Source: an uncultured Eubacteriales bacterium (GTDB lineage Bacteria > Bacillota > Clostridia > Oscillospirales > Acutalibacteraceae). From it: 31,146 nt of DNA. Below, in pieces: positions 17,611-26,427 of this stretch. A program made the translations under genes and the position numbers. Location: NCBI GenBank assembly GCA_964482275.1, contig CAYZXC010000001.1, positions 1 through 31,146 of the forward strand, read 5' to 3'. The stretch's first letter is position 1, and every line of letters starts with the position of its first letter. Below the pieces are notes generated by a model that did no database searches, was not told the DNA's origin, and worked only from the letters and a program-made list of their open reading frames with translations.

Positions 17611-18559
17611 CCGGCAGTTTACCGCCGATGGCCGTCGGGTTAGCGTCGAACAATACCTGATAATAGCCGGCGATCTGCGCCTTCATATCCGCACCGGACA
17701 CGAAGGTCAGCTGGCAGTTCGGAATCGCCTTTTTGGCGATGGCGGCTTTCGGAATGATGCCGTAGGTCTCGCACAGCGTGGCGGTGGTCTCGACGTCGGA
17801 AGTGCTTTCGATGGAGGTCTTGTACTCGGCGAGGAACGCGTCTACGGCTTCCTTGTTGTTGTCAAGGAAATCCTTGCGTACCGCGACACAGCCCATCATC
17901 AGCTTGCTGTTTTCGTCGGCGACCGCTTCCCATGCGTCGTTCATCGACAGGGCGACCTTGACGTCCTGGTTCTGCGCGGTGATGGAGGATACGTTCGGTT
18001 CGGGAACCATCGCGAGCTTGATATCGCCGCTTACCATCTTGGCGACCAGCTCGGTGTTTTCCGCTAAAAATTCGATCGTCACGTCCTCGTCGGGATCAAT
18101 GCCGTTTTTCTCCAGCACATACCGCAGGATGTATTCGGGGTTGGCACCCTCACCGGTGGAGTAGATGGTCTTGCCCTTGAGATCGTCGATCGAGTCGATG
18201 CCGTTGCCGTTATCCAGCATATACAGCACGCCCAGCGTGTTGACCGCGAGCAGCTGTACCTTGCCTTGGGTTTTCTGATACAGTGCCGCCGCCAGATTGG
18301 TGGGCACAGCCGCGATGTCCAAGCTGCCCGACGCCAGCAGATTGCCGATGTCCGACGGTACCGAGGACACGGTGAATTCGTACTCGTTCGCCGCCGTTCC
18401 GGCCGTATCCGCCTCCATCAGGTGTACCATACCGATACCGGTCGGGCCTTGGATCGCGCCGATGTTGACGGTCGTTTTGACCGCGGGCTCGGTGCTGCAG
18501 CCCGCCGCCATCGCGACGATCAGCAGGACGGCGAGTGTGAGTGACAATACTTTTTTCAT
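17585..18559 (-). CDS. ABC transporter substrate-binding lipoprotein (NitT/TauT/SsuA-like)
   Basis: Lipobox MAAGC, GPTGIG, DIAAVPTN, NTLGVLY, PEP. Confidence 0.9.
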   Translation of the reverse strand: MKKVLSLTLAVLLIVAMAAGCSTEPAVKTTVNIGAIQGPTGIGMVHLMEADTAGTAANEYEFTVSSVPSDIGNLLASGSLDIAAVPTNLAAALYQKTQGKVQLLAVNTLGVLYMLDNGNGIDSIDDLKGKTIYSTGEGANPEYILRYVLEKNGIDPDEDVTIEFLAENTELVAKMVSGDIKLAMVPEPNVSSITAQNQDVKVALSMNDAWEAVADENSKLMMGCVAVRKDFLDNNKEAVDAFLAEYKTSIESTSDVETTATLCETYGIIPKAAIAKKAIPNCQLTFVSGADMKAQIAGYYQVLFDANPTAIGGKLPDDAFYYVG

Positions 18560-18606
18560 AGTTGATTCCTTCTTTCTCAGTGTGACAGGGTCTGAGTCCT
18601 GTCACA

Positions 18607-19245
18607 CTAGGATATACGATAGGTTTTATCCTCTTTCACGAGGATGCCTTCACGCACCAGCGTGTCCAGCGCACGGTACAGGCTTGACCGCCCCATGTTA
18701 AGGGTGTTTGCCAGTTCCGTCATCGTGCCGGGCAGACGGATGATGCCTTGCCCGTCCTGATGGGCGAGCAGATAGTGATACAAGCGGTTCTCCGCGTTGC
18801 CGATGGTGAGCGCCGACAGCTTGCGGTTGAGAAACCGAATACGGCCGGACAGAAACCGGATATACTGTTCCCCGATAGCGGGAAACTCCGTCAGCAGCTG
18901 TGACATCAGCTCCTGCGGAATGAACCGTACCGCGGTATCCTCATCGGCGGTGATCTCGGTCACGTAATCGTCGCTTTCGCTGTCAAACAGCGCGGCGACA
19001 CCGAAGATCTCGCCGGCGTGCAGGCGGTTGATGACGACGCTGTGTGCCGCCTCGCCCGACGAACGGACGATGACCGACCCGCGAACGATCAGCCCGATCG
19101 CGCGGCAAAAGGTATGCGTGTTGTACACGACCTGCCCGCGTCGGTAGGCGACCGGCGGTTCCAACCGTGCGGCGATCCTATGCAGGGCGTCGTCACCGAC
19201 ACCGTGAAACAGGAAAAAGGCGGACAGCGTACACGCCGACTCCAT
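18607..19245 (-). CDS. Crp/Fnr family transcriptional regulator
   Basis: cNMP-binding fold (GEIFG), C-terminal HTH ELANTLNMGRSSLYRAL; AAGGAGG RBS. Confidence 0.9.
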   Translation of the reverse strand: MESACTLSAFFLFHGVGDDALHRIAARLEPPVAYRRGQVVYNTHTFCRAIGLIVRGSVIVRSSGEAAHSVVINRLHAGEIFGVAALFDSESDDYVTEITADEDTAVRFIPQELMSQLLTEFPAIGEQYIRFLSGRIRFLNRKLSALTIGNAENRLYHYLLAHQDGQGIIRLPGTMTELANTLNMGRSSLYRALDTLVREGILVKEDKTYRIS

Positions 19246-19269
19246 CGGTCACCCCTCCTTTTGTATCGC

Positions 19270-19293
19270 AAAGTGTCCCATTTGGGACACTTT
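19270..19293. promoter_or_regulatory. Palindromic operator
   Basis: AAAGTGTCCCA-TT-TGGGACACTTT, perfect 11-bp arms just downstream of the -10 of the Crp/Fnr gene. Confidence 0.7.
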
Positions 19294-19299
19294 ATACAT

Positions 19300-19328
19300 A
19301 GTATAGCGGAAATTCTCCGAAAATACAA
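19300..19328 (-). promoter_or_regulatory. sigmaA promoter of Crp/Fnr-ABC operon
   Basis: TTGTAT-17nt-TATACT. Confidence 0.65.
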
Positions 19329-19433
19329 GAGGGATATGCAAATTTTTTTAAAATTTGGGGGAGTGGACATTTACTTTTGAGGGATTTTATGATATGGTAG
19401 ACTCAGCAAGTTATGTGCAAGGAGGAATTGTAC

Positions 19434-20972
19434 ATGAAAAAGTGTTTGGCGGTACTGCTGGCTGCGTTGCTCCTGACCGGAACGGCGGCGGTCGGTGTCA
19501 GTGCCGAGGAAGCAGCATTTCAGGAAACGAGTCGGCGCCAGATCGACGGTACCACCGTCGAGATCACGGGCACCTTACCGGAGGGCGGTACGCTGGTTGA
19601 GGCCTTTATCGGCGGCGCGGAATGTGCAGTCACAGCTCAGGACGGCGATACGTTCACCGTTTCGTTGGCGAAGGTATCGACCGGTCTTTACACGAAGATC
19701 ACCTACGGCTACACGGTGGGCGGCGCGACGAATACGAAGGCCTTCGAGGGTACTCCCATCGCGGTACAGGGCCGTCTGGCGGTCACGCTGACGGCGGCGT
19801 TTAATGCGGACGGTACACTGACCGTCACCGCCACCGATGCCAACGATATGCCGGCGCGTGAATATTCGTTAAAGCTGACTCTGGAGGGAATGCCGGAAAC
19901 CGGCAAGACCGATGCGAAGGGCGTCTATACCTCGACCTACCGCGTGAGCGAGGGGAAAAGCGCGACCTTTGAAGGGGAAGAGACCGGCTACGGTGACACC
20001 TCTCTGATCTATGAAGCGTCGGCAAAGCAGAGTCTGACACGGCAAGCCGCTACGACGACGGTGGCTGCGACCACCGCGACGGTAAGCGGGGAAACGACCA
20101 CCACCGTTTCAGAGGACACGACCACGACGGTGACTGAGGAAACGACCACGACCGAGCAGCAGGCGGCTGCCACGACGGTAACGACCGTGTCCACGACGGC
20201 GACGGTCAAGGGTGACAGCACCACCGCGCTCAGCAACGGTATGGTCGCGATGAACTCGCTCACCGATACCGCCTTGCTGGAAGCCTTCGGCTTGACGCGT
20301 CAGGAGTTTTTGTCCAAGGCGCGTCTGCTGGTATCCGAGGCGGATTACGAGTCGCTGGTCGGCCGCACCGGCAATACGCCGATGCTGAGCGTGCGCACCT
20401 CAACGGTGGAGATCACACCCACGATGGTGCAAGCCGCACTGGCGGACGTATCCGAGTTCTCCGGTTATTCCGAGGATCAGCGGCAGGTGATGACCTTTGA
20501 TCTGTCCTTGCTGATGCTGTCCCGCACCGGCAAGGAGGTGGCGATCACGGCGTTACCGGATGACGTGATCTATACCGTTCAGCTGCCGATCCCGACGGCG
20601 ATGAAGAACTGTGCCGCCTTTGCGATCACCGTCATGGACGGCGACGAGCTGATGACGCCGCAGGTGCTTGAGGTCAAAAACGGCATGTTCGAGCTGAAGA
20701 TCAATTCCCTGGAGGCGTACACGCTGATCGGCTTCGGTGAAGAGGAGGAAAGTGCAGGCGGCCTGTCCTGGCGTCTGGTCGTGTTGCTGATCGCCGGCAT
20801 TCTGCTGATCGGCGGTGCGGGCGTGCTGCTGTATCTGTTTGTGTTCCGCAAGCCCGAAGCGGCGGAGAACGACGGGAAGGAAGCGCAGGAGCCGACCTTA
20901 GAGGATAACGATACCGACATTTTCAGCGGTCGGACGGATATGGACAATACGTGGGAACCCGAAGATAACTAA
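19434..20972 (+). CDS. Membrane-anchored surface protein with Thr-rich linker
   Basis: AAGGAGG RBS; signal peptide MKKCLAVLL...VSA, beta-rich N-terminal region, TTTV(S/T)E repeats, C-terminal TM helix + acidic tail. Confidence 0.85.
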   Translation: MKKCLAVLLAALLLTGTAAVGVSAEEAAFQETSRRQIDGTTVEITGTLPEGGTLVEAFIGGAECAVTAQDGDTFTVSLAKVSTGLYTKITYGYTVGGATNTKAFEGTPIAVQGRLAVTLTAAFNADGTLTVTATDANDMPAREYSLKLTLEGMPETGKTDAKGVYTSTYRVSEGKSATFEGEETGYGDTSLIYEASAKQSLTRQAATTTVAATTATVSGETTTTVSEDTTTTVTEETTTTEQQAAATTVTTVSTTATVKGDSTTALSNGMVAMNSLTDTALLEAFGLTRQEFLSKARLLVSEADYESLVGRTGNTPMLSVRTSTVEITPTMVQAALADVSEFSGYSEDQRQVMTFDLSLLMLSRTGKEVAITALPDDVIYTVQLPIPTAMKNCAAFAITVMDGDELMTPQVLEVKNGMFELKINSLEAYTLIGFGEEEESAGGLSWRLVVLLIAGILLIGGAGVLLYLFVFRKPEAAENDGKEAQEPTLEDNDTDIFSGRTDMDNTWEPEDN

Positions 20973-20996
20973 TTCGATGTATTCCTGAAACGCAAC

Positions 20997-21034
20997 AAAA
21001 ATCGCGGTATGGCAACTGCCATACCGCGGTTTTT
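20997..21034. terminator. Bidirectional intrinsic terminator
   Basis: AAAAATCGCGGTATGGC-AACT-GCCATACCGCGGTTTTT. Confidence 0.85.
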
Positions 21035-21950
21035 ATTTGATCTTATCAATATCGTACGGGGTGGTCTGGTACACGAAATAGTTGAGCCAGTTGGAAAACA
21101 GCAGGTTCGCGTGACCGCGCCAGGTGACCGGCGGCGTGCGGGTGGGATCGTCATCGGGAAAATAGTTCACCGGCACCTCGATCGGCAGTCCCGCCGCCTT
21201 GTCGCGCTCGTACTCGTCCCTCAAGGTGGTCGCGTCGTATTCCGAGTGACCGGTGATGAAGATCTGCCGCCCCTTCTTGGTCGCGACCGCGTACACGCCC
21301 GCCTGCTCGGAGGAGGCGAGGATCTTGAGCGCCGGTACCGCCTCGATATCCGCGCGGTTGACGGTGGTGTGCCGCGATTGCGGGACGTTGAATACCTCGT
21401 CGAACCCACGGAACAGGATGGAGCGCTTATGCTCGACGGTGTGCGGGAAGATACCGAACAGCTTTTTATCGAGCGGTTGTTTTTCGATACCGTAGTGATA
21501 GTAAAGCCCCGCCTGCGCGCCCCAGCAGATGTGCAGGGTGCTGGTGACGTGGGTCTTGCTCCATTCCATGATGGTGCACAGCTCGTCCCAGTATTCCACC
21601 TCTTCAAACGGAAGATGCTCCACCGGCGCACCGGTGATGATCATGCCGTCGTACTTTTTGTCCCTCACATCGTCAAAGGTCTTGTAAAACATCAGCATGT
21701 GATCTTCCGGCGTGTTGCGCGAATGATGCGTGCGGGTGTGGATGAGCTCCAGCTCCACCTGCAACGGCGTGTTGCCGAGCAGACGCGCCATCTGCGTTTC
21801 GGTGACGATCTTTTTCGGCATCAGGTTAAGCAGTAGGATCTTGAGCGGACGGATATCCTGTGTCAGCGCGCGGGTCTCGGTGATGACGAAGATGTTTTCG
21901 TCGGTCAGCGTCTGAGTTGCCGGCAGCTGATTCGGGATCTTAATGGGCAT
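21033..21950 (-). CDS. metA: Homoserine O-acyltransferase MetA (predicted acetyl-CoA-specific, MetAA)
   Basis: QDIRPL..LNLMP, ITGAPVE (Glu indicates acetyl type), [12 protein letters not shown]. Confidence 0.95.
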   Translation of the reverse strand: MPIKIPNQLPATQTLTDENIFVITETRALTQDIRPLKILLLNLMPKKIVTETQMARLLGNTPLQVELELIHTRTHHSRNTPEDHMLMFYKTFDDVRDKKYDGMIITGAPVEHLPFEEVEYWDELCTIMEWSKTHVTSTLHICWGAQAGLYYHYGIEKQPLDKKLFGIFPHTVEHKRSILFRGFDEVFNVPQSRHTTVNRADIEAVPALKILASSEQAGVYAVATKKGRQIFITGHSEYDATTLRDEYERDKAAGLPIEVPVNYFPDDDPTRTPPVTWRGHANLLFSNWLNYFVYQTTPYDIDKIK

Positions 21951-21964
21951 GAGGGTGCCCTCCT

Positions 21965-23242
21965 TTAGATTTTTGCTAACGCTTGTTCCAAGTCAGCCAG
22001 AATATCGTCGATATCCTCAATGCCGACCGAGAGCCGCACCATATCCGGCGTGATGCCGGTGGCGACTAACTGCGCATCGGTGAGCTGACGGTGGGTGGTG
22101 GAGGCGGGATGCAGTACCGACGTGCGGGCATCCGCCACGTGCACGACGACAGCCGCGAGCTTTAAGGAATCCATAAATCTGACCGCCGCCTCACGGCCGC
22201 CCTTGACACCGAACGAGATCACGCCGCAGCAGCCCTTCGGCAGATATTTCTGCGCCAGCGCGTGCTGATCGGAGGATTCGAGGCCGGGATAGTTGACCCA
22301 GCCGACCTTTTCGTGCTTTTCGAGATACTGTGCGACCGCCAACGCGTTCGCGCAGTGGCGCTCCATACGCAGTGCCAGCGTTTCCAGACCGATGTTCAAA
22401 ATGAACATTGCGAGCGGTTGCGGAGTAGAACCCAGATCGCGCATCAGCTGTACGCGTGCCTTGGTGATGTACGCCGCCTTGCCGAACTGCTCGGTGTACA
22501 CGACACCGTGATACGATTCGTCCGGCTCGGTCAGCTCCGGATACTTACCGGATGCCGCCCAGTCGAAGTTGCCGCTGTCCACGATAACGCCGCCCACGAC
22601 GGTGGCGTGACCGTCCATATACTTGGTGGTGGAATGCATCACGATATCCGCGCCGTATTCAAACGGACGGCACAGGATGGGGGTGGCAAAGGTGTTGTCG
22701 ATGATGAGCGGAACGCCGTGACGGTGGGCGAGTGCCGCGTACCGTTCGATATCCAGCACGTTCAGCGCGGGGTTGGCGATGGTCTCACCGAACACCAGCC
22801 GCGTGTTCTCGTCAAACAGCGCGTCGGCCTCTTCGTCGGTCATATCGGGCGTTAAAAAGCGCACCTCAATACCCATACGCTTCATCGTGACGGCGAACAG
22901 ATTGGTGGTACCGCCGTAGATGGTGGACAGGCTGACGAAGTTCTGACCGGCGCTCGTGATATTGAAGATCGCCATCAGCGCAGCCGCCTGACCGGAGGAG
23001 GTGCACATCGCTCCCACACCGCCCTCAAGTGCGGCGATCTTATCCTCCACCGCCGCGACGGTGGGATTGGAGATGCGGGTGTACATATGTCCCGCGACCT
23101 TTAGGTCAAACAGATCGCCGAGATGATCGGCGGAATCGTATTTATAAGTCGTGCTCTGATAGATCGGGAGCACGCGGGGCTCACCGTTTTGCGGCTGATA
23201 GCCACCCTGAATACAAAGCGTTTCGGCGCGATAATCGCTCAT
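21965..23242 (-). CDS. metY: O-acetylhomoserine aminocarboxypropyltransferase (sulfhydrylase)
   Basis: Start [39 protein letters not shown] lysine, [10 protein letters not shown]. Confidence 0.92.
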   Translation of the reverse strand: MSDYRAETLCIQGGYQPQNGEPRVLPIYQSTTYKYDSADHLGDLFDLKVAGHMYTRISNPTVAAVEDKIAALEGGVGAMCTSSGQAAALMAIFNITSAGQNFVSLSTIYGGTTNLFAVTMKRMGIEVRFLTPDMTDEEADALFDENTRLVFGETIANPALNVLDIERYAALAHRHGVPLIIDNTFATPILCRPFEYGADIVMHSTTKYMDGHATVVGGVIVDSGNFDWAASGKYPELTEPDESYHGVVYTEQFGKAAYITKARVQLMRDLGSTPQPLAMFILNIGLETLALRMERHCANALAVAQYLEKHEKVGWVNYPGLESSDQHALAQKYLPKGCCGVISFGVKGGREAAVRFMDSLKLAAVVVHVADARTSVLHPASTTHRQLTDAQLVATGITPDMVRLSVGIEDIDDILADLEQALAKI

Positions 23243-23291
23243 GCAGATCGCTTCCTTTCTGAAAATAAGCTTAATGAGAATACTTAGGAAA

Positions 23292-23356
23292 AGTATATCT
23301 TTTTTTATAAGGTTTGTCAACGGGAACTTGCAACGCGGCGGGATTTATGATACACT
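23292..23356. promoter_or_regulatory. Back-to-back sigmaA promoters (metY on minus; aminotransferase on plus)
   Basis: Minus TTGACA-17-TATACT (23320-23292); plus TTGCAA-17-TACACT (23328-23356). Confidence 0.7.
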
Positions 23357-23371
23357 GGGGAAGGTGATGTT

Positions 23372-24559
23372 ATGAACTATCAATTTTCAAATGCCATGCG
23401 GGATATGAAGCCGTCTGCCATCCGTGAGATCTTCAAAAGTCTGGGACAGCCGGGGGCGATCTCGTTCGCCGCGGGCAACCCCGCACCGGAATCCTTTCCG
23501 GCGGAGCAAATGGCGGCGATCGCCGCGGACATTTTTGAAAGCCGCGCCTCTGTCGCGTTGCAATACGGCACGACCGAAGGGTATCAGCCGCTCCGCGAGC
23601 TGGTAGCGGAGCGCTTACACCGCCGTTTCGGTGTGGATACCGCCGCCAATATGACGGTGATTACCAGCGGCGGTCAGCAGGCGATCGAGCTTGCCTGCAA
23701 GACCCTGTGTGACGCGGGTGACGTCGTCATCTGCGAAAATCCGAGCTTTATCGGCGCGCTCAACGCGTTCCGCTCGCTGGGTGCCCATCCCGTCGGCGTG
23801 GAGCTGGAGTCGGACGGCGTTTCGATCGACGGCTTGGAAGCCGCGCTGAAAGCGCACCCCAACGCCAAGCTGTTATATCTGATCCCGACCTTCCAAAATC
23901 CGGCGGGACTTACGATGTCGCTCGAAAAACGCAAAGCCGTGTACGCGCTTGCACAGCGGTACGACGTGATGATCTTGGAGGACAACCCCTACGGTGACCT
24001 GCGCTTTGCGGGTGAGGAGCTGCCCACCATTAAGAGCATGGATACCGACGGCAGAGTGCTGTACTGCGGCACGTTTTCCAAGATCCTGTCCGCGGGTATG
24101 CGCGTGGGCTATGTGTGCGGCCCCGAACCGGTCGTGCAAAAGATGGTGGTCGCGAAACAAGTGGAGGACGTGCACACCAACCTGTTCTTCCAGATGCTGT
24201 GCGCCGAGTTTATGAAACGCCACGATTTAGACGCACATATCGACTTTATCCGCGATCTGTACCGCGAAAAATGCGGCTGTATGCTCGAAGCACTCGACGC
24301 TTGTATGCCCGACGGCGTGACCTATACGCGTCCGGAGGGCGGCTTATTCTTATGGTGTACGCTGCCCGATCACATTCCGATGCTGGAATTCGTGGCGGAA
24401 GCGTCGGCAAACAAGGTGTTCGTGGTGCCGGGTACGACCTTTAACTGCGACCTGTCCGCACCGTCGCAGTCGTTCCGATTAAACTATTCCACTCCGTCGA
24501 TGGACGAGATCAAAACCGGCATCGCCGTACTCGGCGACTTGCTGAAACAGAAGAGATAA
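23372..24559 (+). CDS. PLP-dependent aminotransferase class I/II (LysN/2-aminoadipate transaminase-like)
   Basis: SAIREI, FAAGNP, PTFQNPAG, EDNPY, TFSKILSAGMRVG; no HTH. Confidence 0.9.
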   Translation: MNYQFSNAMRDMKPSAIREIFKSLGQPGAISFAAGNPAPESFPAEQMAAIAADIFESRASVALQYGTTEGYQPLRELVAERLHRRFGVDTAANMTVITSGGQQAIELACKTLCDAGDVVICENPSFIGALNAFRSLGAHPVGVELESDGVSIDGLEAALKAHPNAKLLYLIPTFQNPAGLTMSLEKRKAVYALAQRYDVMILEDNPYGDLRFAGEELPTIKSMDTDGRVLYCGTFSKILSAGMRVGYVCGPEPVVQKMVVAKQVEDVHTNLFFQMLCAEFMKRHDLDAHIDFIRDLYREKCGCMLEALDACMPDGVTYTRPEGGLFLWCTLPDHIPMLEFVAEASANKVFVVPGTTFNCDLSAPSQSFRLNYSTPSMDEIKTGIAVLGDLLKQKR

Positions 24560-24560
24560 G

Positions 24561-24610
24561 AAAAAGGCTGTGTTCGACATTCGACAGAATGACAGAACAC
24601 AGCCTTTTTT
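24561..24610. terminator. Bidirectional intrinsic terminator
   Basis: AAAAAGGCTGTGTTC...GAACACAGCCTTTTTT. Confidence 0.85.
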
Positions 24611-24623
24611 GACGGTTTTCGGA

Positions 24624-25511
24624 TCAGATCCACTCGTCCTCAGGGAATTCCGTGGGCGGGGTCTCCAATACTTCGGGGTGCTTTAAGATGCGGCGGAGCA
24701 TACGGAACGATTCTGCGTAATAATGGCCGTCGCAGATGCGCTCGTCCAGCACGAGCTTGACCCGAATGACTTTTTTGGTGGTGACGGTGCCGTCGGGCAG
24801 GGCAACGGGGACGATGGCCTTTTTACCCATTGCCAGAAACACCGAGGTGGTACCGAAATTGTAAATATGGTGGTAGATCGGCTGAATGCCGATGGAGCCG
24901 ACATCGGTGATGTAAAACGAGGTATGGAACGGGCTGATCTCGTTGATAAAATCGTTCATCCAGCCGCGGTGATCCATGAAGATGATAAAGTTGACGAACG
25001 CGCGCACCATCCACGCCGGCAGTTTGTTTAAGATCTTGGCCGCCACGTCGGTGGTGTTGGCGTCCTTGATATCCTTGACTTCCTTGTCCATTGCCTCGCT
25101 GACGCGGCGGTAGACGTCAAATACCGTATCGGTTTTTTCGAAATGCGGCTTGATGCAGGATTCCTCCGCGTCCTTGGACAAGCTGTGCTTGGCGGTCATG
25201 GACGCGGTCAGCCGGTTGCGGGCATACGCCTTGCCGTTCATGATAAAGCGGTTCAGTCGCGGGCGCAGTACGAACATACGCACCACCGCTGCGATGATGA
25301 GATGATACAGCGAAAAGGTGGGCATGTCGTGTTCCTTGCGCAGAGTACGGGTATACTTTTCGAGGTATTCGATGTCGATCTCCTCGTCAAAGAACACCTG
25401 CGAGTCTGCGCGTGTTTTCATCAGATGGGGCATAACCGCGAACAGCGACTGCGTGTGGCGCAGGCGCCAGCCGTCCTTGCGGTCTCCGAAACGTCTTTTC
25501 TTAGGTTCCAT
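24624..25511 (-). CDS. 2-oxoacid dehydrogenase E2-like acyltransferase, catalytic domain only
   Basis: PRLNRFI, ITDVGSIG, DERICDG at the position of DHRxxDG; no lipoyl domain. Confidence 0.8.
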   Translation of the reverse strand: MEPKKRRFGDRKDGWRLRHTQSLFAVMPHLMKTRADSQVFFDEEIDIEYLEKYTRTLRKEHDMPTFSLYHLIIAAVVRMFVLRPRLNRFIMNGKAYARNRLTASMTAKHSLSKDAEESCIKPHFEKTDTVFDVYRRVSEAMDKEVKDIKDANTTDVAAKILNKLPAWMVRAFVNFIIFMDHRGWMNDFINEISPFHTSFYITDVGSIGIQPIYHHIYNFGTTSVFLAMGKKAIVPVALPDGTVTTKKVIRVKLVLDERICDGHYYAESFRMLRRILKHPEVLETPPTEFPEDEWI

Positions 25512-25546
25512 ACTTTCCCGTCCTCACATTTTAAATTGGTGTGGGC

Positions 25547-25906
25547 TCACTCTGCCGCTATAGGCCGCAACGACAGTGTTTTGTCCCAGGCTTGCTGGAG
25601 CTTGGCGGCGAACGCGTTGCCGCCGCGGATGCTGTGCACCACAAATTCCGGAAACGCCGGATCGGCGGTCGCCACGCGAACGGTGGACAGCCCGAACAGC
25701 TTTTGCCAAGGTGATTGTACTACCACCATATTCCGGATATGTGACAGAGATACCGCTTTTACGGTGACGGAAAACAGGCCGGTGCATTCGGACAACCATT
25801 CGCCGTCAATGACGTAGTGCGTCAATGTCAGCGGAAGGCCGAACAGGCGGCTTTGCCGTTTTGCCGTATACGCCGAAACGGTTTCCTTTGGTCTTTCTGC
25901 CGTCAT
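25547..25906 (-). CDS. Bacterial PH domain-containing protein
   Basis: FGLPL..THY, GLF, QS.WQKLFGLSTV pattern; AGGAGG RBS. Confidence 0.75.
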   Translation of the reverse strand: MTAERPKETVSAYTAKRQSRLFGLPLTLTHYVIDGEWLSECTGLFSVTVKAVSLSHIRNMVVVQSPWQKLFGLSTVRVATADPAFPEFVVHSIRGGNAFAAKLQQAWDKTLSLRPIAAE

Positions 25907-25943
25907 ATATCATCCTCCTGATATAAAAATCGGACACAACGAC

Positions 25944-25973
25944 AGTATACTACAAGAAATACGGTTTTGTCAA
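25944..25973 (-). promoter_or_regulatory. sigmaA promoter of PH-E2 operon
   Basis: TTGACA-18nt-TATACT. Confidence 0.65.
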
Positions 25974-25992
25974 ATTTGACGTCAGCACGGCA

Positions 25993-26029
25993 AAGCGCCC
26001 GCTGTGACGGACGGTCACAGCGGGCGCTT
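25993..26029 (-). terminator. Terminator of microprotein pair
   Basis: Perfect 16-bp stem AAGCGCCCGCTGTGAC/GTCACAGCGGGCGCTT. Confidence 0.75.
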
Positions 26030-26051
26030 GCATCAGGGCTTAAGACGCCGT

Positions 26052-26165
26052 TCAGCAGCCACAATCGCAGCCGCAATCGTTGTTGTCGATGAGCAGCAGA
26101 ATGACGATGATGAACAGAAGCCAGGTGCAGTTGACGTCACCGCAGAATAAGTTTCTCAGACACAT
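26052..26165 (-). CDS. 37-aa Cys-rich membrane microprotein (not in ORF track)
   Basis: MCLRNLFCGDVNCTWLLFIIVILLLIDNNDCGCDCGC; GGAGGAGG RBS; paralog of the adjacent gene. Confidence 0.85.
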   Translation of the reverse strand: MCLRNLFCGDVNCTWLLFIIVILLLIDNNDCGCDCGC

Positions 26166-26196
26166 ACCGTAAGTCCTCCTCCCTCAGTTCAAGTTA

Positions 26197-26349
26197 TCAG
26201 CAACCGCAGCCGCAGCCGTTGTTGCGATTGTTGTAGCAGCCGTTGTCACAGCCGTCGTCACAGCCGTTGTCGATGAGCAGCAGAATGACGATGATGAACA
26301 GCAGCCAAGAGCAGTTCGCCTCACCACAGAAGAGATTACGCAGACACAT
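26197..26349 (-). CDS. 50-aa Cys-rich membrane microprotein
   Basis: MCLRNLFCGEANCSWLLFIIVILLLIDNGCDDGCDNGCYNNRNNGCGCGC; AAAGGGGG RBS. Confidence 0.85.
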   Translation of the reverse strand: MCLRNLFCGEANCSWLLFIIVILLLIDNGCDDGCDNGCYNNRNNGCGCGC

Positions 26350-26401
26350 ATTCGGAGTTCCCCCTTTCCTGAAACCGCAGGCTTTCACCTGCTTTCATTT
26401 C

Positions 26402-26427
26402 ATACTATGTTGCCGCGCGTGATGGGT
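26402..26427 (-). promoter_or_regulatory. sigmaK-like sporulation promoter
   Basis: AC-16nt-CATAGTAT on the minus strand. Confidence 0.5.

Noticed and set aside
20050..20210. ACC/ACG-rich repeats as a CRISPR or VNTR
   Set aside because: Degenerate codon-level repeats encoding a Thr-rich linker; no repeat-spacer structure
25969..25980. Palindrome GTCAAATTTGAC as a CtsR site
   Set aside because: CtsR binds direct heptad repeats; this is a short inverted repeat overlapping a -35 and may be chance
26052..26349. Cys-rich peptides as RiPP (ranthipeptide/lanthipeptide) precursors
   Set aside because: No maturase, protease or exporter is adjacent; the only radical SAM enzyme in the window is the PFL activase; the central TM-like helix does not fit a leader-core layout
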